A stretch of 64,000 bases of DNA from Armatimonadota bacterium (GCA_046292385.1 JBKBRF010000002.1:64001-128000), one strand, 5' to 3'. Counted from the stretch's first letter, positions 1 through 10,055 are shown. Program-made: numbers and translations. The notes: a model not told the origin generated them from the letters alone.

Positions 1-2
1 CG

Positions 3-425
3 GAGCTGATGCGGACCCTCTCCCACGACCCGCCGCTCGCCCACGTCACCACCTTCGGCGGCCACCCGGTCTGCTGCGCCGCCGGGCTCGCCTCGCTGCG
101 GATCATCCTGGAAGAAGACCTCCCCCGCCGCGCCGCGGAGACCGGCGAGCGGATCCGGGCGGAGCTGCGGCGGATGGGCGAGCGGTACGGGGGCGTGGTC
201 GACGTCCGCGGCCTCGGGATGCTGATCGGCCTGGAGCTGGACACCGCGGAGCGGACTCGTGCCGTGGCGGAGCGGGCGTTCGCGGAGGGCGTGATCGTCG
301 GGTGGACCCTCCACAGCGACACGGTGATCCGCCTGGCGCCGCCGCTCAACCTCTCGGAGGCGGAGTTGGAGCGGGGCCTCGCGGGGCTGGAGACGGCGCT
401 CGCCGGGGCGGGGTCGACGCGATGA
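3..425 (+). CDS. Class-III PLP aminotransferase, C-terminal part (5' truncated by window edge)
   Basis: HVTTFGGHPVCCAAG, VRGLGMLIGLE and VIRLAPPL motifs typical of ArgD/PatA-like class III aminotransferases; frame is open to the window edge. Confidence 0.88.
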   Translation, partial: ELMRTLSHDPPLAHVTTFGGHPVCCAAGLASLRIILEEDLPRRAAETGERIRAELRRMGERYGGVVDVRGLGMLIGLELDTAERTRAVAERAFAEGVIVGWTLHSDTVIRLAPPLNLSEAELERGLAGLETALAGAGSTR

Positions 426-1537
426 GCGCGCTGGAAGCCGAGCTGCTGGCGCTCTGCGGGCGGGGGGTCGACGCTCCGCTCCCGGACGTGGAATTCAACC
501 GGCTGGCGCTCGCCGTCTTCGCCTACCAGTGGGAGCGGAACGCCCCTTACGGCGCCTACTGCCGCGCCCGCGGCGCTTCACCGGAGACGGTCTCATCCTG
601 GCGGGAGATCCCGGCGCTGCCGACCGCCGCCTTCAAAGAGGCGGAGCTGACCACGGAGCCGGGGGCGGTGCGGGTGGTCTACCAGACGAGCGGCAGCACC
701 CGCGGGGAGACGAAGCGCGGCCGCCACCCCCTGCCGGATACTCGCCTGTACGACGCCTCCCTGGAGCCGAACTTCCAGGCTCACCTGCTGCCGGACCGGG
801 ACCGCATTCGGATACTCGTCTGCGGCCCCAGCGCGGAGCAGTTCCCCCACTCCTCGCTGGGACACATGCACAGCCGCGCGATCGAACGGTTCGGCGCCCC
901 GGGGAGCGGGATCTACTGGAATGCGGAAGGCCCGCGCTTCCGGGAGCTGGCTGCCGCGCTCGAGGCGGCGGAGGCGGAGGGCGAGGCGGTCTGCCTGCTC
1001 GGGACCGCGTTCGGGTTCGTCCACTTCCTCGACTGGCTCGCGGAGCAGCGCCGGACGTTCCGCCTGCCCCCCGGCTCCCGGCTCATGGATACCGGCGGCT
1101 ACAAGGGCCGCTCGCGGGAGGTGCCGCGCGAGGAGCTGTACGCCCTTTACGGCGAGAGGCTGGGAGTGCCGCTCACCCACGTGGTGAACGAGTACGGCAT
1201 GACGGAGCTCGGAAGCCAGTTCTACGACACCGTCCTTCGGGATCTCTGCGCGGGCACGCCGGGACCGGCCGACGTCGCGCACCGCCGCAAGCTCCCGCCG
1301 CCCTGGGTGCGCGTGGAGGTGGTCTACCCGGAGACCCTCTGCCCCGTCGCGGACGAGGAGGTCGGTCTGCTGCGCTTCTACGACCTCGCCAACCTCCACT
1401 CGGTGCTGGCGGTGCAGACCGACGACCTGGGCCAGCGGCGCGGGGCCGGCTTCGAGATCCTCGGCCGCGCCGCCGGCGCCGAGCCCCGCGGCTGCTCGCT
1501 GGCGGCGGAAGAGTTCATGTCGGCGCAGGACCGGTGA
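422..1537 (+). CDS. LuxE-like acyl-protein synthetase
   Basis: TSGST, LMDTGGYKGR, NEYGMTEL, QTDDLG and C-terminal EILGR..AEPRGCSL with the acyl-accepting Cys; ATG 422 overlaps the upstream stop (ATGA). Confidence 0.85.
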   Translation: MSALEAELLALCGRGVDAPLPDVEFNRLALAVFAYQWERNAPYGAYCRARGASPETVSSWREIPALPTAAFKEAELTTEPGAVRVVYQTSGSTRGETKRGRHPLPDTRLYDASLEPNFQAHLLPDRDRIRILVCGPSAEQFPHSSLGHMHSRAIERFGAPGSGIYWNAEGPRFRELAAALEAAEAEGEAVCLLGTAFGFVHFLDWLAEQRRTFRLPPGSRLMDTGGYKGRSREVPREELYALYGERLGVPLTHVVNEYGMTELGSQFYDTVLRDLCAGTPGPADVAHRRKLPPPWVRVEVVYPETLCPVADEEVGLLRFYDLANLHSVLAVQTDDLGQRRGAGFEILGRAAGAEPRGCSLAAEEFMSAQDR

Positions 1538-2970
1538 CCGAGATGGAGCCCCTCCCCGCCGCCGAGTGGCTCCCCGAGGGCCTGCAGCCGTCCGCAGCCC
1601 CCGCGCCGCTGGAGGTGAGCGGCGTCGCGCTCACCCGGAGGCCGCTCGACGCTGACTCTGCCGCGGCGCTGGCGCGAGGGCTGCGGGACCGCGCTCCCGA
1701 CTTCAAGAAACTGCCGATCCAGGAGATCCTGCGCGGGCTCACGCGCGCGCACCGCGCCTGGACCCTCCCCCGCAGCCCTCATCGGTTGGAGGCAGCGGCG
1801 CTGCTGGCGCGGGTGACCGGCTACCCGGAGCTCCTCGTCGAGCAGCACCTGCGGCGCCTCTTCCAGAGCCTCAGCGGCGGGGAGATGCTCTCGTGGCTCA
1901 GCCAGGCCTCCGTGCCCTGGACGAAGCCGCACGAGTTTGTGGCCCTCCCCATGGTGACCGGTCCGGCGCTGACCGTCGTCGTCTCCAGTGGGAACATCCC
2001 CGGCGCGGCGGTACCCTCCGTGGCGCAGGCGCTCCTGCTGAAGTCGCCCTGCCTGGTGAAGAGCAGCTCGGAGGAGCCGTCGCTGCTGCCGCTCTACGCC
2101 CGCTCCCTCGCGGAGCTGGCGCCGGAGCTGGCGCCGTTCCTCGCCGTCACCGGCTGGCGCGGCGGCGACGCGGCCGTGGAAGAGGCGGTGCTGCGCGAGG
2201 CGGAGGCGCTGATCGCCTACGGCGGCGACGAGGCGCTCCTGGCGCTGCGCTCCCGGCTGCCGCTGCGCGCGCGGTTTCTCCCCTACGGCCACCGGATCAG
2301 CTTCTCCGCGGTCGCACGGGAGTCGCTGACCCGTCGTGCCGCCTCCGGCACGGCGCGACGCGCGGTGCGCGACCTCACCACCTTCGACCAGCAGGGCTGC
2401 ATGTCGCCGCAGGCGCTCTACGTGGAAGAAGGGGGCGAAGTCTCGCCGGCGGGCTTCGCGGAGCTGCTGGCGCGCGAGTTGGAGCGGGCGGAACGGAAGC
2501 TGCCGCGCCGCCCGCTCTCCCCGGCGGAGGCGGCGGCGATCCACCAGTTCCGCGCCTCGCTGGAGATGCGGTCGTTCTCCACGCCCGGCCTGCGGCTCTG
2601 GCAGAGCCCCGGGGGGACGCAGTGGACCGTCGCGCTCGATCCGGATCCCACTCTCCGGCCCTGCCCCCTCAACCGGACTGCGGTGGTCCACCCGCTGCCG
2701 GACCTCTCGGCGCTCCCCGCGCTGCTGGAGCCGGTCCGGAGCGTGCTCAATACCGCCGTTCTGGCGATTCCCCCGGAGCGAAAAGGGGAGCTGGCGACGC
2801 TGCTCTCGTCGGCCGGCGTGACCCGGCTCGCGGTGGTGGGGACGGCACAGGAGCCGATCTTTCACGACCCGCACGATGGGGTGCGCTCGCTCTCCCAGCT
2901 CGCCCGCTATACCTCGCTGGAGCTGTCGGATCCTGCCTACTCGGTGGAAACCTCCGGGGCCCAGAGCTAG
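1534..2970 (+). CDS. LuxC-like acyl-CoA/acyl-protein reductase
   Basis: SGNIPG, LVKSSS, YGGDEA, YGHRISF and FDQQGCMSPQ (catalytic Cys); GTG 1534 overlaps the luxE-like stop (GTGA), alternative ATG 1543. Confidence 0.85.
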   Translation: MTEMEPLPAAEWLPEGLQPSAAPAPLEVSGVALTRRPLDADSAAALARGLRDRAPDFKKLPIQEILRGLTRAHRAWTLPRSPHRLEAAALLARVTGYPELLVEQHLRRLFQSLSGGEMLSWLSQASVPWTKPHEFVALPMVTGPALTVVVSSGNIPGAAVPSVAQALLLKSPCLVKSSSEEPSLLPLYARSLAELAPELAPFLAVTGWRGGDAAVEEAVLREAEALIAYGGDEALLALRSRLPLRARFLPYGHRISFSAVARESLTRRAASGTARRAVRDLTTFDQQGCMSPQALYVEEGGEVSPAGFAELLARELERAERKLPRRPLSPAEAAAIHQFRASLEMRSFSTPGLRLWQSPGGTQWTVALDPDPTLRPCPLNRTAVVHPLPDLSALPALLEPVRSVLNTAVLAIPPERKGELATLLSSAGVTRLAVVGTAQEPIFHDPHDGVRSLSQLARYTSLELSDPAYSVETSGAQS

Positions 2971-3113
2971 AGCCGGCAGGTTCTCGCATCCGCTGCTCTT
3001 GAAGAAGGAGGGAAACAGCGCGCGAGCAGCTAAAAGATACTTAATAAATGGCGCTGCATAAGTGGCGGCAACCTGCTACACTGGAGTCAGTCGCCTTCCT
3101 CCCCCCACCCGCC

Positions 3114-4283
3114 ATGGCCCAGCGCTCTCCGATCCAGCCGGTCATCCTCAGCAAGATCAACGAGCGGCAGGTGCTCCGCACGCTGCTGCTGCAGGGCCCG
3201 CTCTCGCGCGCGGAGCTGGCGCGGCTGACCGGTATGACGCACCCCACCGTCTCCAAGGCGGTCGAGACGCTGCTCCTCGCCAACCTGCTGGAGGAGCGGG
3301 AGCCGGCGGCCAGCTTCGGACGTCCCGCGCGGAAGCTGGGGCTGGCGGCGCGGGCGCGGGTGCTGGGGCTGGTGATCGACGCCGGCTGGTGCCGGGTCGT
3401 CTCCGCGAGCCTGGACGGCCAGATCGACCCGGCGCTGACGCGGGAGTTCCCCACGCCGGAGAGTTACGAGGAGCTGATCGAGCGAACGGTCGAGTGTGCC
3501 GTGCCGCTGGTGGCGCTCGACGGCGTCACCACGCTCGGCATGGGGGTGAGCGTGCCGGGACTGGTCGACTACCGCCACCAGCGCAGCCTCCTCTCCCCGA
3601 ACGTGCCGATCACCAATGGCCGGTGCCCGGCGGCCGACCTGAAGAGCCGCCTCGGCATCGAGTGCGTGCTGATCCAGGAAGAGCACGCGCTCTGCCTGGC
3701 GGAGCGCTCCTTCGGGAGCGCGCGCGGCCTGGAAGACTTCGCGATCCTCGACGTCAGCACCGGGGTCGGTCTCGGCGTGATGAGCAGCGGACGTCTCCTC
3801 ACCGGCCGGAGCGGCCTGGCGGGCGAGATCGGCCACGTCACGGTAGAGCTGCGAGGCCGGCCGTGCGGCTGCGGCAACTGCGGCTGCCTGGAGACGGTCG
3901 CCTGCGACAGCGCCCTCGCCCGGATGGTCTCCGAGCGGCTCGGCCGGCGCATCTCGATCGACGAGATCCTGGCCCTGGCCGCCCGCGGCGAGCTCTCGCT
4001 GGAGCCGGAGCTGGAGCTGCTGAAGGAGTACCTCGCCGTCGGGATCGCCGCGGTGATCAACCTCTTCAACCCCGCCTCCCTCTTCGTACACGGCCGCCTC
4101 TTCGAGCTGGACGAGCGGATCTTTCCGGAAGTGGTGGAGCGCACGCGCGAGCGCGCCCTCTCCCCGTCTTTCGCCGACTGCGAGATCGTCCAGGCGCGCG
4201 GCAGCAAGCGGCAGGGAGCGGTCGCGGCGATGATCGAGCACCGCATCGACTCGCTTGTTCCTTCGGAGGTCGGGATTCTCTGA
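3114..4283 (+). CDS. ROK-family transcriptional regulator (XylR/NagC-like)
   Basis: N-terminal HTH (GPLSRAELARLTGMTHPTVSKAV), GEIGH and CGCGNCGCLE Zn motif; start taken as ATG 3114 rather than ORF-track 3048. Confidence 0.92.
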   Translation: MAQRSPIQPVILSKINERQVLRTLLLQGPLSRAELARLTGMTHPTVSKAVETLLLANLLEEREPAASFGRPARKLGLAARARVLGLVIDAGWCRVVSASLDGQIDPALTREFPTPESYEELIERTVECAVPLVALDGVTTLGMGVSVPGLVDYRHQRSLLSPNVPITNGRCPAADLKSRLGIECVLIQEEHALCLAERSFGSARGLEDFAILDVSTGVGLGVMSSGRLLTGRSGLAGEIGHVTVELRGRPCGCGNCGCLETVACDSALARMVSERLGRRISIDEILALAARGELSLEPELELLKEYLAVGIAAVINLFNPASLFVHGRLFELDERIFPEVVERTRERALSPSFADCEIVQARGSKRQGAVAAMIEHRIDSLVPSEVGIL

Positions 4284-4541
4284 CACAGAGGGACACAGAG
4301 GAACCAACAGAGGGGACACAGATTAGATCGAACTGCGCAGCACGGCCGCATCCATATTCCCGCCCCAGCCATCCTGAACGTCAGTGAAGGATCTCGGCAG
4401 CCGTGCTGGGACGGGAAACGCATTAACGTGGCGAGGGGCTGGTCTGCCGTGGATTAGCGGCCAGCGGGCAAGGAGCAGAGCCCAGAATGGCTGCCCTCTG
4501 TGGTCCTCTGTAAGTTCTTCTGTGTCCCTCTGTGTCGAAAA
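4282..4541. repeat. Palindromic intergenic element A1 (GACACAGAGGGACACAGA terminal inverted repeats) with an internal CATCCTGAACGTCAGTGAAGGATCTC module
   Basis: 4282-4299 is the exact reverse complement of 4519-4536; the internal ~85 bp recurs inverted at ~6810-6893. Confidence 0.85.
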
Positions 4542-4559
4542 GAAAGCTCGTAAAGAACG

Positions 4560-5600
4560 ATGAGCACCTGGGAGCAGCGCTGGCATCCGCTGCGTGAGGA
4601 ATGGGTGATCGTGGCGGCCCACCGGCAGAACCGCCCCTGGATCGGGGAGACGGTGGGGGGCGACGAGCGGCCGACGCCGTCGTACGTGCCGGACTGCTAC
4701 CTCTGCCCGGGCAACTCCCGGGTGAGCGGGGCGCGGAACCCGGAGTACGCGTCGACCTACGTCTTCGACAACGACCACCCGTGCGTCGGCCCGCTCGCCC
4801 CGCGCGACCTGCCGCAGCCGGCAGGGATCCTGCGGAGCCGGCCGGCGGAGGGGATCGCCCGCGTCGTCTGCTACAGCCCGCTGCACAACGTCACCCTGGC
4901 GGAGCTGGAGCCGCCGCAGATCGAGGAGCTGCTGCGGGTCTGGCAGGAGCAGTACCGGGAGCTGGGTGCGCGCGACGAGGTGGCGCACGTCCTCGTCTTC
5001 GAGAACAAGGGCGAGGTGGTCGGCGTCTCCAACCCGCACCCGCACTGCCAGATCTACGCCACCAACTTCGTCTTCAAGACGATCGAGACGGAGGCGAAAG
5101 CGGGCGAGCGCCACCTGGCGGAGACGGGCCGCGTGCTGTTCCAGGACGTGCTCCAGGCGGAGCGTCAGGACGGACGCCGCATCCTGGCGGAGAACGAGAC
5201 CGCCATCGCCTTCGTCCCCTACTTCGCGCGCTACGCCTACGAGGTCTACGTCGCGCCGAAGGCGACTCATCCGAGCCTGGCGGGCCTCTCCGGCGAGGAG
5301 CTGCGCGGCTTCTCCGAGGTGCTGAAACGGGTGCTGGTGCAATTCGACAACCTCTGGGGGATGCCGTTCCCCTACGTGATGGCGCTCCACCAGGCGCCGA
5401 CCGACGGCCGCAAGTACCCCGGCTTCCACTTCCACCTCGAGTTCCACCCGCCGCTGCGAAAGCCGAACCTGCTGAAGTACCTGGCCGGGCCCGAGATCGG
5501 CGGCGGAAGCTTCCTGGCCGACACGGCGCCGGAGGAGAAGGCGGCGGAGCTGCGCTCGCAGCCGGAGATCCACTACAAGCGGCGAGGACTGGAGGCGTGA
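4560..5600 (+). CDS. galT: Hexose/pentose-1-phosphate uridylyltransferase, GalT family
   Basis: [17 protein letters not shown] Zn site, FENKG and SNPHPHCQ catalytic motif. Confidence 0.93.
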   Translation: MSTWEQRWHPLREEWVIVAAHRQNRPWIGETVGGDERPTPSYVPDCYLCPGNSRVSGARNPEYASTYVFDNDHPCVGPLAPRDLPQPAGILRSRPAEGIARVVCYSPLHNVTLAELEPPQIEELLRVWQEQYRELGARDEVAHVLVFENKGEVVGVSNPHPHCQIYATNFVFKTIETEAKAGERHLAETGRVLFQDVLQAERQDGRRILAENETAIAFVPYFARYAYEVYVAPKATHPSLAGLSGEELRGFSEVLKRVLVQFDNLWGMPFPYVMALHQAPTDGRKYPGFHFHLEFHPPLRKPNLLKYLAGPEIGGGSFLADTAPEEKAAELRSQPEIHYKRRGLEA

Positions 5601-6742
5601 TGGCGGACCGACAGGCCGACGCGCGGGCGCTGCTGGAGCCGATCCGGCGCATCCACGAGGAGATCCGCGCCGCCGTGGTCGAGGCGTGCGAGGCGGCGGA
5701 GCGGGAGCAGTCCGACCACCTCTCCGGCGTGGCCGAAGAGGCGGAAGGCGACACGATCTACGCGGTTGACCGCGTCAGCGAGGAGCGGCTCGTCACCCTC
5801 TTCGAGCGGGAGATCGCCCCGACCGCGCCGCTGGTCCTGATCGCGGAGGGCCTGCCCGGCGGGAAGATGGTCCTCCCCCGCGGCACCTCGGAGGAGGACG
5901 CGGTCTGGCGGGTGATCGTCGACCCGATCGACGGCACGCGCGGCGTGATGTACCAGAAGCGCTCCGCCTGGATCCTCACCGGCGTGGCGCCGAACCGCGG
6001 GCCGGAGACCGACCTGCAGGAGATCGTCCTGGCGATCCAGACCGAGATCCCGCTGGTGAAGCAGCACCTCTCCGACACCGCCTGGGCCCTCCGCGGCGAA
6101 GGAGTGGGGGCGGAGCGGTTCAACCGCCTGACCGGCGAGCGGACCCCGCTGCGGCTGCGGCCGTCCCGCGCCGCCACCATCGAGCACGGCTACGCCGGGC
6201 TGACCCGCTTCTTCCCCGGCGCCCGCGAGGAGCTGGCCGCGATCGACGAAGAGATCGTCCGCGGCGCGCTCGGCCCCGTCCGCCGCGGGAAGGCTTCCTG
6301 CTTCGAGGACCAGTACGCCTCCACCGGCGGCCAGCTTTTCGAGCTGATGTGCGGCCACGACCGCTTCCAGGCCGACCTGCGCCCCCTGATGGAGCCGCTC
6401 CTCGCCCGCCGCGGCGTGGCGCTCGGGATCTGCTGCCACCCGTACGACCTCTGCACGGAGCTGATCGCCCGCGAGCTGGGCGTCCTCGTCACCGACCCGT
6501 CCGGAGAGCCGGTGCGGGCCCGGCTCGACGTGGAGCCGGACGTGGCGTGGGTCGGCTACGCGAACGCCGCGATCCGCGAGCAGATCGAGCCGCTGCTGCG
6601 GGAGGCGCTCTCCCGGCGTTTTTCGACACAGAGGGACACAGAAGAACTTACAGAGGGAACACAGATGGAATTCCCCGGTGAACTGTCGTCGTCACCGCGT
6701 CCCCGCCGCAGTCATCCTGAACGGAGTGAAGGATCTACGTAA
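5600..6742 (+). CDS. Inositol monophosphatase-family sugar-1-phosphate phosphatase; last ~40 aa derived from a repeat element
   Basis: [23 protein letters not shown] (IMPase signature) and HPYD; ATG overlaps the galT stop (TGATG). Confidence 0.85.
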   Translation: MADRQADARALLEPIRRIHEEIRAAVVEACEAAEREQSDHLSGVAEEAEGDTIYAVDRVSEERLVTLFEREIAPTAPLVLIAEGLPGGKMVLPRGTSEEDAVWRVIVDPIDGTRGVMYQKRSAWILTGVAPNRGPETDLQEIVLAIQTEIPLVKQHLSDTAWALRGEGVGAERFNRLTGERTPLRLRPSRAATIEHGYAGLTRFFPGAREELAAIDEEIVRGALGPVRRGKASCFEDQYASTGGQLFELMCGHDRFQADLRPLMEPLLARRGVALGICCHPYDLCTELIARELGVLVTDPSGEPVRARLDVEPDVAWVGYANAAIREQIEPLLREALSRRFSTQRDTEELTEGTQMEFPGELSSSPRPRRSHPERSEGST

Positions 6743-6983
6743 CTAAGCTTGTTCCGAAGCGTGAGACCACCCGGACGGCCGAAATCCGCTTGCAGTGCCC
6801 TCATCCCCTGCCTGCGTATCCCGTCCCGGAGCGGCTGCCGAGATCCTTCACTGACGTTCAGGATGACTGGGGTTGGGGTCGGATGCGGCCGCGGATTAAC
6901 GTTCCAACCAACAGCGAATACCCGAGCCGGTTCCAATTCTGTGTCCCCTCTGTCCGTTCTTCTGTGTCCGTCCGTGTCGAAAA
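6620..6983. repeat. Palindromic element A2, an inverted relative of A1 with a nested inverted GTCATCCTGAAC..GTGAAGGATCT pair
   Basis: 6620-6656 is the exact reverse complement of 4505-4541; degenerate right arm 6938-6983; inner pair at 6710-6736 and 6841-6868. Confidence 0.85.
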
Positions 6984-6986
6984 GAC

Positions 6987-8414
6987 ATGCTCTTCTCACC
7001 TGAACTACAGCCAGCCGTAGCGAGCGCCCGGGATACCCTGTTCCGGGCGGGGGAGCCGCTCGTCGTCACGCGGGCGCCGGGGCGGCTCGACGTGATGGGC
7101 GGGATTGCGGACTACTCCGGCTCCCTGGTGCTGCAGCTTCCGATCCGGGAGGCGACCGTCGCCGCGCTGCAGCGGGATCCGGAGCCGGTGCTGCAGATCG
7201 TCAGCCTGGGGGCGGAGGCGAACGGCCGCAGCGCGGCGTTTACCATGCCGCTGTCCGACTTCCTGGACGCTGCGGGGGAGCCGGTCTCCTACCACGCGGC
7301 GCGGCGCTACTTCGGCGCCGATCCCCGGCAGGCGTGGGCGGCCTACGCCGCGGGCGCGTTCCTGGTCTTGATGCGGGAGCGCGGCGCGCGCTTCCCGGGC
7401 GGCGCGCGCATCCTCATCGCTTCCGAAGTGCCGGAGGGGAAAGGGGTCAGCTCCTCGGCGGCGATCGAGGTCGCGGTGATGCAGGCGATCGCGGCGGCAT
7501 TCGAGATCCCGCTCTCGCCGCGCGACCTCGCCCTGCTCTGCCAGCGGGTGGAAAACCGGGTGGTCGGCGCGCCGTGCGGGGTGATGGACCAGATGACCTC
7601 CGCCTGTGGGGAGGCGGCTCACCTGCTGGCGCTGCTCTGCCAGCCGGCGGAGATCGAGGGGACGGTGGCCGTGCCGGAGGAGATGGAGCTCTGGGGAATC
7701 GACTCGGGCGTGCGCCACTCCGTCTCCGGCGCGGACTACGGCTCGGTGCGGGTCGGCGCGTTCATGGGCTATCGCATCCTGGCGGAGGCCTGCGGCTTCG
7801 CGGTGGAGCGCACGGAGCAGGAGCAGCTCGTCCGCGTTACCGATCCCCGCTGGCACGGCTACCTGGCCAACGTCACCCCCTCCGAGCTGGAGCAGCACCT
7901 GCTCCGCCACCTGCCGGAGCGGCTGACCGGCGAGGAATTCCTCGCCCGCTGCGGCGGGACCACCGACCCGGTGACGCGCATCGATCCGGACCGCTCCTAC
8001 GCGGTGCGGGTCCCCACCTGCCATCCCGTTTACGAGAGCCACCGGGTGCGGACCTTCGCGGAGCTGCTGCGCGGTGCCCCCGGCGAGCGGCGGCTGGAGC
8101 TGCTGGGCGAGCTGATGTTCCAGTCGCACGCCAGCTACTCCGCCTGCGGCCTCGGGTCGCAGGCAACCGACCGGCTGGTGGAGCTGGTCCGGGCGGCGGG
8201 ACCGGCGGCGGGGCTCTACGGCGCCAAGATCACCGGCGGCGGCAGCGGCGGCACCGTGGCGGTGCTGGGACGCCGCGGCGCGGAGCCGGCCGTGCGGGAG
8301 ATCGCGGAGCGGTTCGCGGGCGAGGCCGGTCACCGGCCCTATCTCTTCTCATCCTCGTCGCCCGGCGCGGCGGCGTTTGGATCTCTCACCCTGGAAAGGG
8401 AGCACCTGGTTTAG
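6987..8414 (+). CDS. GHMP sugar-1-kinase, plant L-arabinokinase (ARA1 kinase domain)-like
   Basis: RAPGRLDVMGGIADYSGSLVLQLPIREA, VPEGKGVSSSAA, GAPCGVMDQMTSACG, WGIDSGVRHSV and LYGAKITGGGSGG resemble the ARA1 type (from recall) rather than GalK (GEHTDY). Confidence 0.85.
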   Translation: MLFSPELQPAVASARDTLFRAGEPLVVTRAPGRLDVMGGIADYSGSLVLQLPIREATVAALQRDPEPVLQIVSLGAEANGRSAAFTMPLSDFLDAAGEPVSYHAARRYFGADPRQAWAAYAAGAFLVLMRERGARFPGGARILIASEVPEGKGVSSSAAIEVAVMQAIAAAFEIPLSPRDLALLCQRVENRVVGAPCGVMDQMTSACGEAAHLLALLCQPAEIEGTVAVPEEMELWGIDSGVRHSVSGADYGSVRVGAFMGYRILAEACGFAVERTEQEQLVRVTDPRWHGYLANVTPSELEQHLLRHLPERLTGEEFLARCGGTTDPVTRIDPDRSYAVRVPTCHPVYESHRVRTFAELLRGAPGERRLELLGELMFQSHASYSACGLGSQATDRLVELVRAAGPAAGLYGAKITGGGSGGTVAVLGRRGAEPAVREIAERFAGEAGHRPYLFSSSSPGAAAFGSLTLEREHLV

Positions 8415-8416
8415 CG

Positions 8417-9916
8417 ATGCAGCAAGCGACTCTCACCCTCGACCGGGACTTCGTCGTCTCGGAGGTCGACCCGCGCCTCTTCGGCGGGTTCGTGGAGCAC
8501 CTCGGGCGCCACATCTACACCGGCATCTACGAGCCGGAGCACCCGACGGCGGATGAGCACGGCTTCCGCCAGGACGTGGTGGAGCTGGTCCGCGAGCTGC
8601 GGATGCCGATCATGCGCTATCCCGGCGGCAACTTCGTCTCCGGCTACCGCTGGGAGGACGGCGTCGGGCCGCGGGAGCGGCGGCCGAAGCGGCTCGACCT
8701 CGCCTGGGGCGGCCTGGAGCCGAACCTGATCGGCACCAACGAGTTCGCCGACTGGTGCAAGCAGGTCGGCTCGGTCCCGATGCTCGCCGTCAACCTCGGC
8801 ACGCGTGGCCCGGAAGAGGCACAGGCGCTGGTGGAGTACTGCAACCACCCGGGCGGGACCTACTACAGCGACCTCCGCCGGGAGCACGGCTACCTGGAGC
8901 CGCACGGCATCAAGGTCTGGTGCCTGGGCAACGAGATGGACGGCCCCTGGCAGATGGTCCAGAAGACCGCCTGGGAGTACGGGCGGCTCGCCAACGAGTC
9001 GGCGAAGCTGATGAAGTGGACCGATCCGACGATCGAGACGGTCCTCTGCGGCTCCTCGGGCCGGACGATGAAGACGTTCGGGAGCTGGGAGTGGGAGTCG
9101 CTCCAGCAGGCGTACGAGACGACCGACTACCTCTCGCTCCACACCTACTACGGCAACACCACCGACGACACGGCGGCCTTCCTCGCCAAGCCGGAGGAGA
9201 TGGGCGACTTCATCCGCGAGGGGATCGCGCTCTGCGACGCCGTCCGTGCCCTGAAGCGGAGCAAGAAGTTCGTCCACCTGAGCTTCGACGAGTGGAACGT
9301 CTGGCGCCAGACCCGCGACCTGGTGACTCCGGGCGAGAAGTGGACCGCCGGCCGGCCCCAGCTCGAGCAGCAGTACAACATGGAAGACGCGCTGGTAGTC
9401 GGCGGCATGCTGATCACGCTGCTCACCCACGCGGACCGCGTGCGGATCGGGTGCATCGCGCAGGTGGTGAACGCGATCGCGCCGATCATGACGGAGCCGG
9501 CCGGACGCATCTGGAAGCAGCCGACCTACCACCCGTTCCTGGCCGCCTCACACCTGGGGCGCGGCACGGTGCTGCAGTCGCTGGTCCACGCGCCGGGCTA
9601 CGAGTGCAGCCACCGCGACGACGTGCCGGTGGTCCAGCTCGCCTCCGTGGCGGACGAGTACGGCCTGACGGTCTTCGCGGTGAACCGGGAGCCGAACGGG
9701 CAGCCGGTCCGGCTCTCCGCCGCCCTGCGGCGCTTCGACCGGATCCGCACGGCGCGGCACCAGGTGCTGACGCACGCCGACCTGAAGGCGACCAACTCCG
9801 CCGACGAGCCGGAGAAGGTGGCGCCGCGGATGGTCGACGCCCCCACCCTGGAGGGCGACGGCTTCACCGCCGAGCTGCCGCCTTACTCCTGGAACGTGCT
9901 TCGCTTTGAGCACTAG
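8417..9916 (+). CDS. Intracellular GH51 alpha-L-arabinofuranosidase (AbfA-like)
   Basis: FVEHLGR, RYPGGNFVSGYRWEDGVGP, WCLGNEMDGPWQ, SFDEWNVW; no signal peptide. Confidence 0.93.
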   Translation: MQQATLTLDRDFVVSEVDPRLFGGFVEHLGRHIYTGIYEPEHPTADEHGFRQDVVELVRELRMPIMRYPGGNFVSGYRWEDGVGPRERRPKRLDLAWGGLEPNLIGTNEFADWCKQVGSVPMLAVNLGTRGPEEAQALVEYCNHPGGTYYSDLRREHGYLEPHGIKVWCLGNEMDGPWQMVQKTAWEYGRLANESAKLMKWTDPTIETVLCGSSGRTMKTFGSWEWESLQQAYETTDYLSLHTYYGNTTDDTAAFLAKPEEMGDFIREGIALCDAVRALKRSKKFVHLSFDEWNVWRQTRDLVTPGEKWTAGRPQLEQQYNMEDALVVGGMLITLLTHADRVRIGCIAQVVNAIAPIMTEPAGRIWKQPTYHPFLAASHLGRGTVLQSLVHAPGYECSHRDDVPVVQLASVADEYGLTVFAVNREPNGQPVRLSAALRRFDRIRTARHQVLTHADLKATNSADEPEKVAPRMVDAPTLEGDGFTAELPPYSWNVLRFEH

Positions 9917-9917
9917 G

Positions 9918-10012
9918 CAGGGTTAGCAGGTTGGCAAGTTGCAGGTTGCCAGGTTCCGAACCGGCCTTCGGGCGATCGGCAACCTGCCAACCTGCAACCT
10001 GTGAACCTGAAA
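9918..10012. repeat. Inverted arrays of CAGGTTG / CAACCTG 7-8-mers
   Basis: (CAGGTT)n-like units 9918-9956 face (AACCTG)n-like units 9980-10010; a related array lies at ~61485-61517. Confidence 0.75.
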
Positions 10013-10055
10013 CAGTCAGCCCCGGACAGCAAACGCCGGCCTTCGGACCGAAAGC

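Noticed and set aside
529..1533. Long N-terminal ORF extensions (529, 4601, 7334, 16641, 59445 starts) suggesting fusions
   Set aside because: Arg/Gly/Pro-rich off-frame read-ins overlapping real upstream genes or repeats; artefacts of high GC.
422..2970. Bioluminescence (lux) operon
   Set aside because: Only luxE-like and luxC-like genes are present; no luxA, luxB or luxD in the window.
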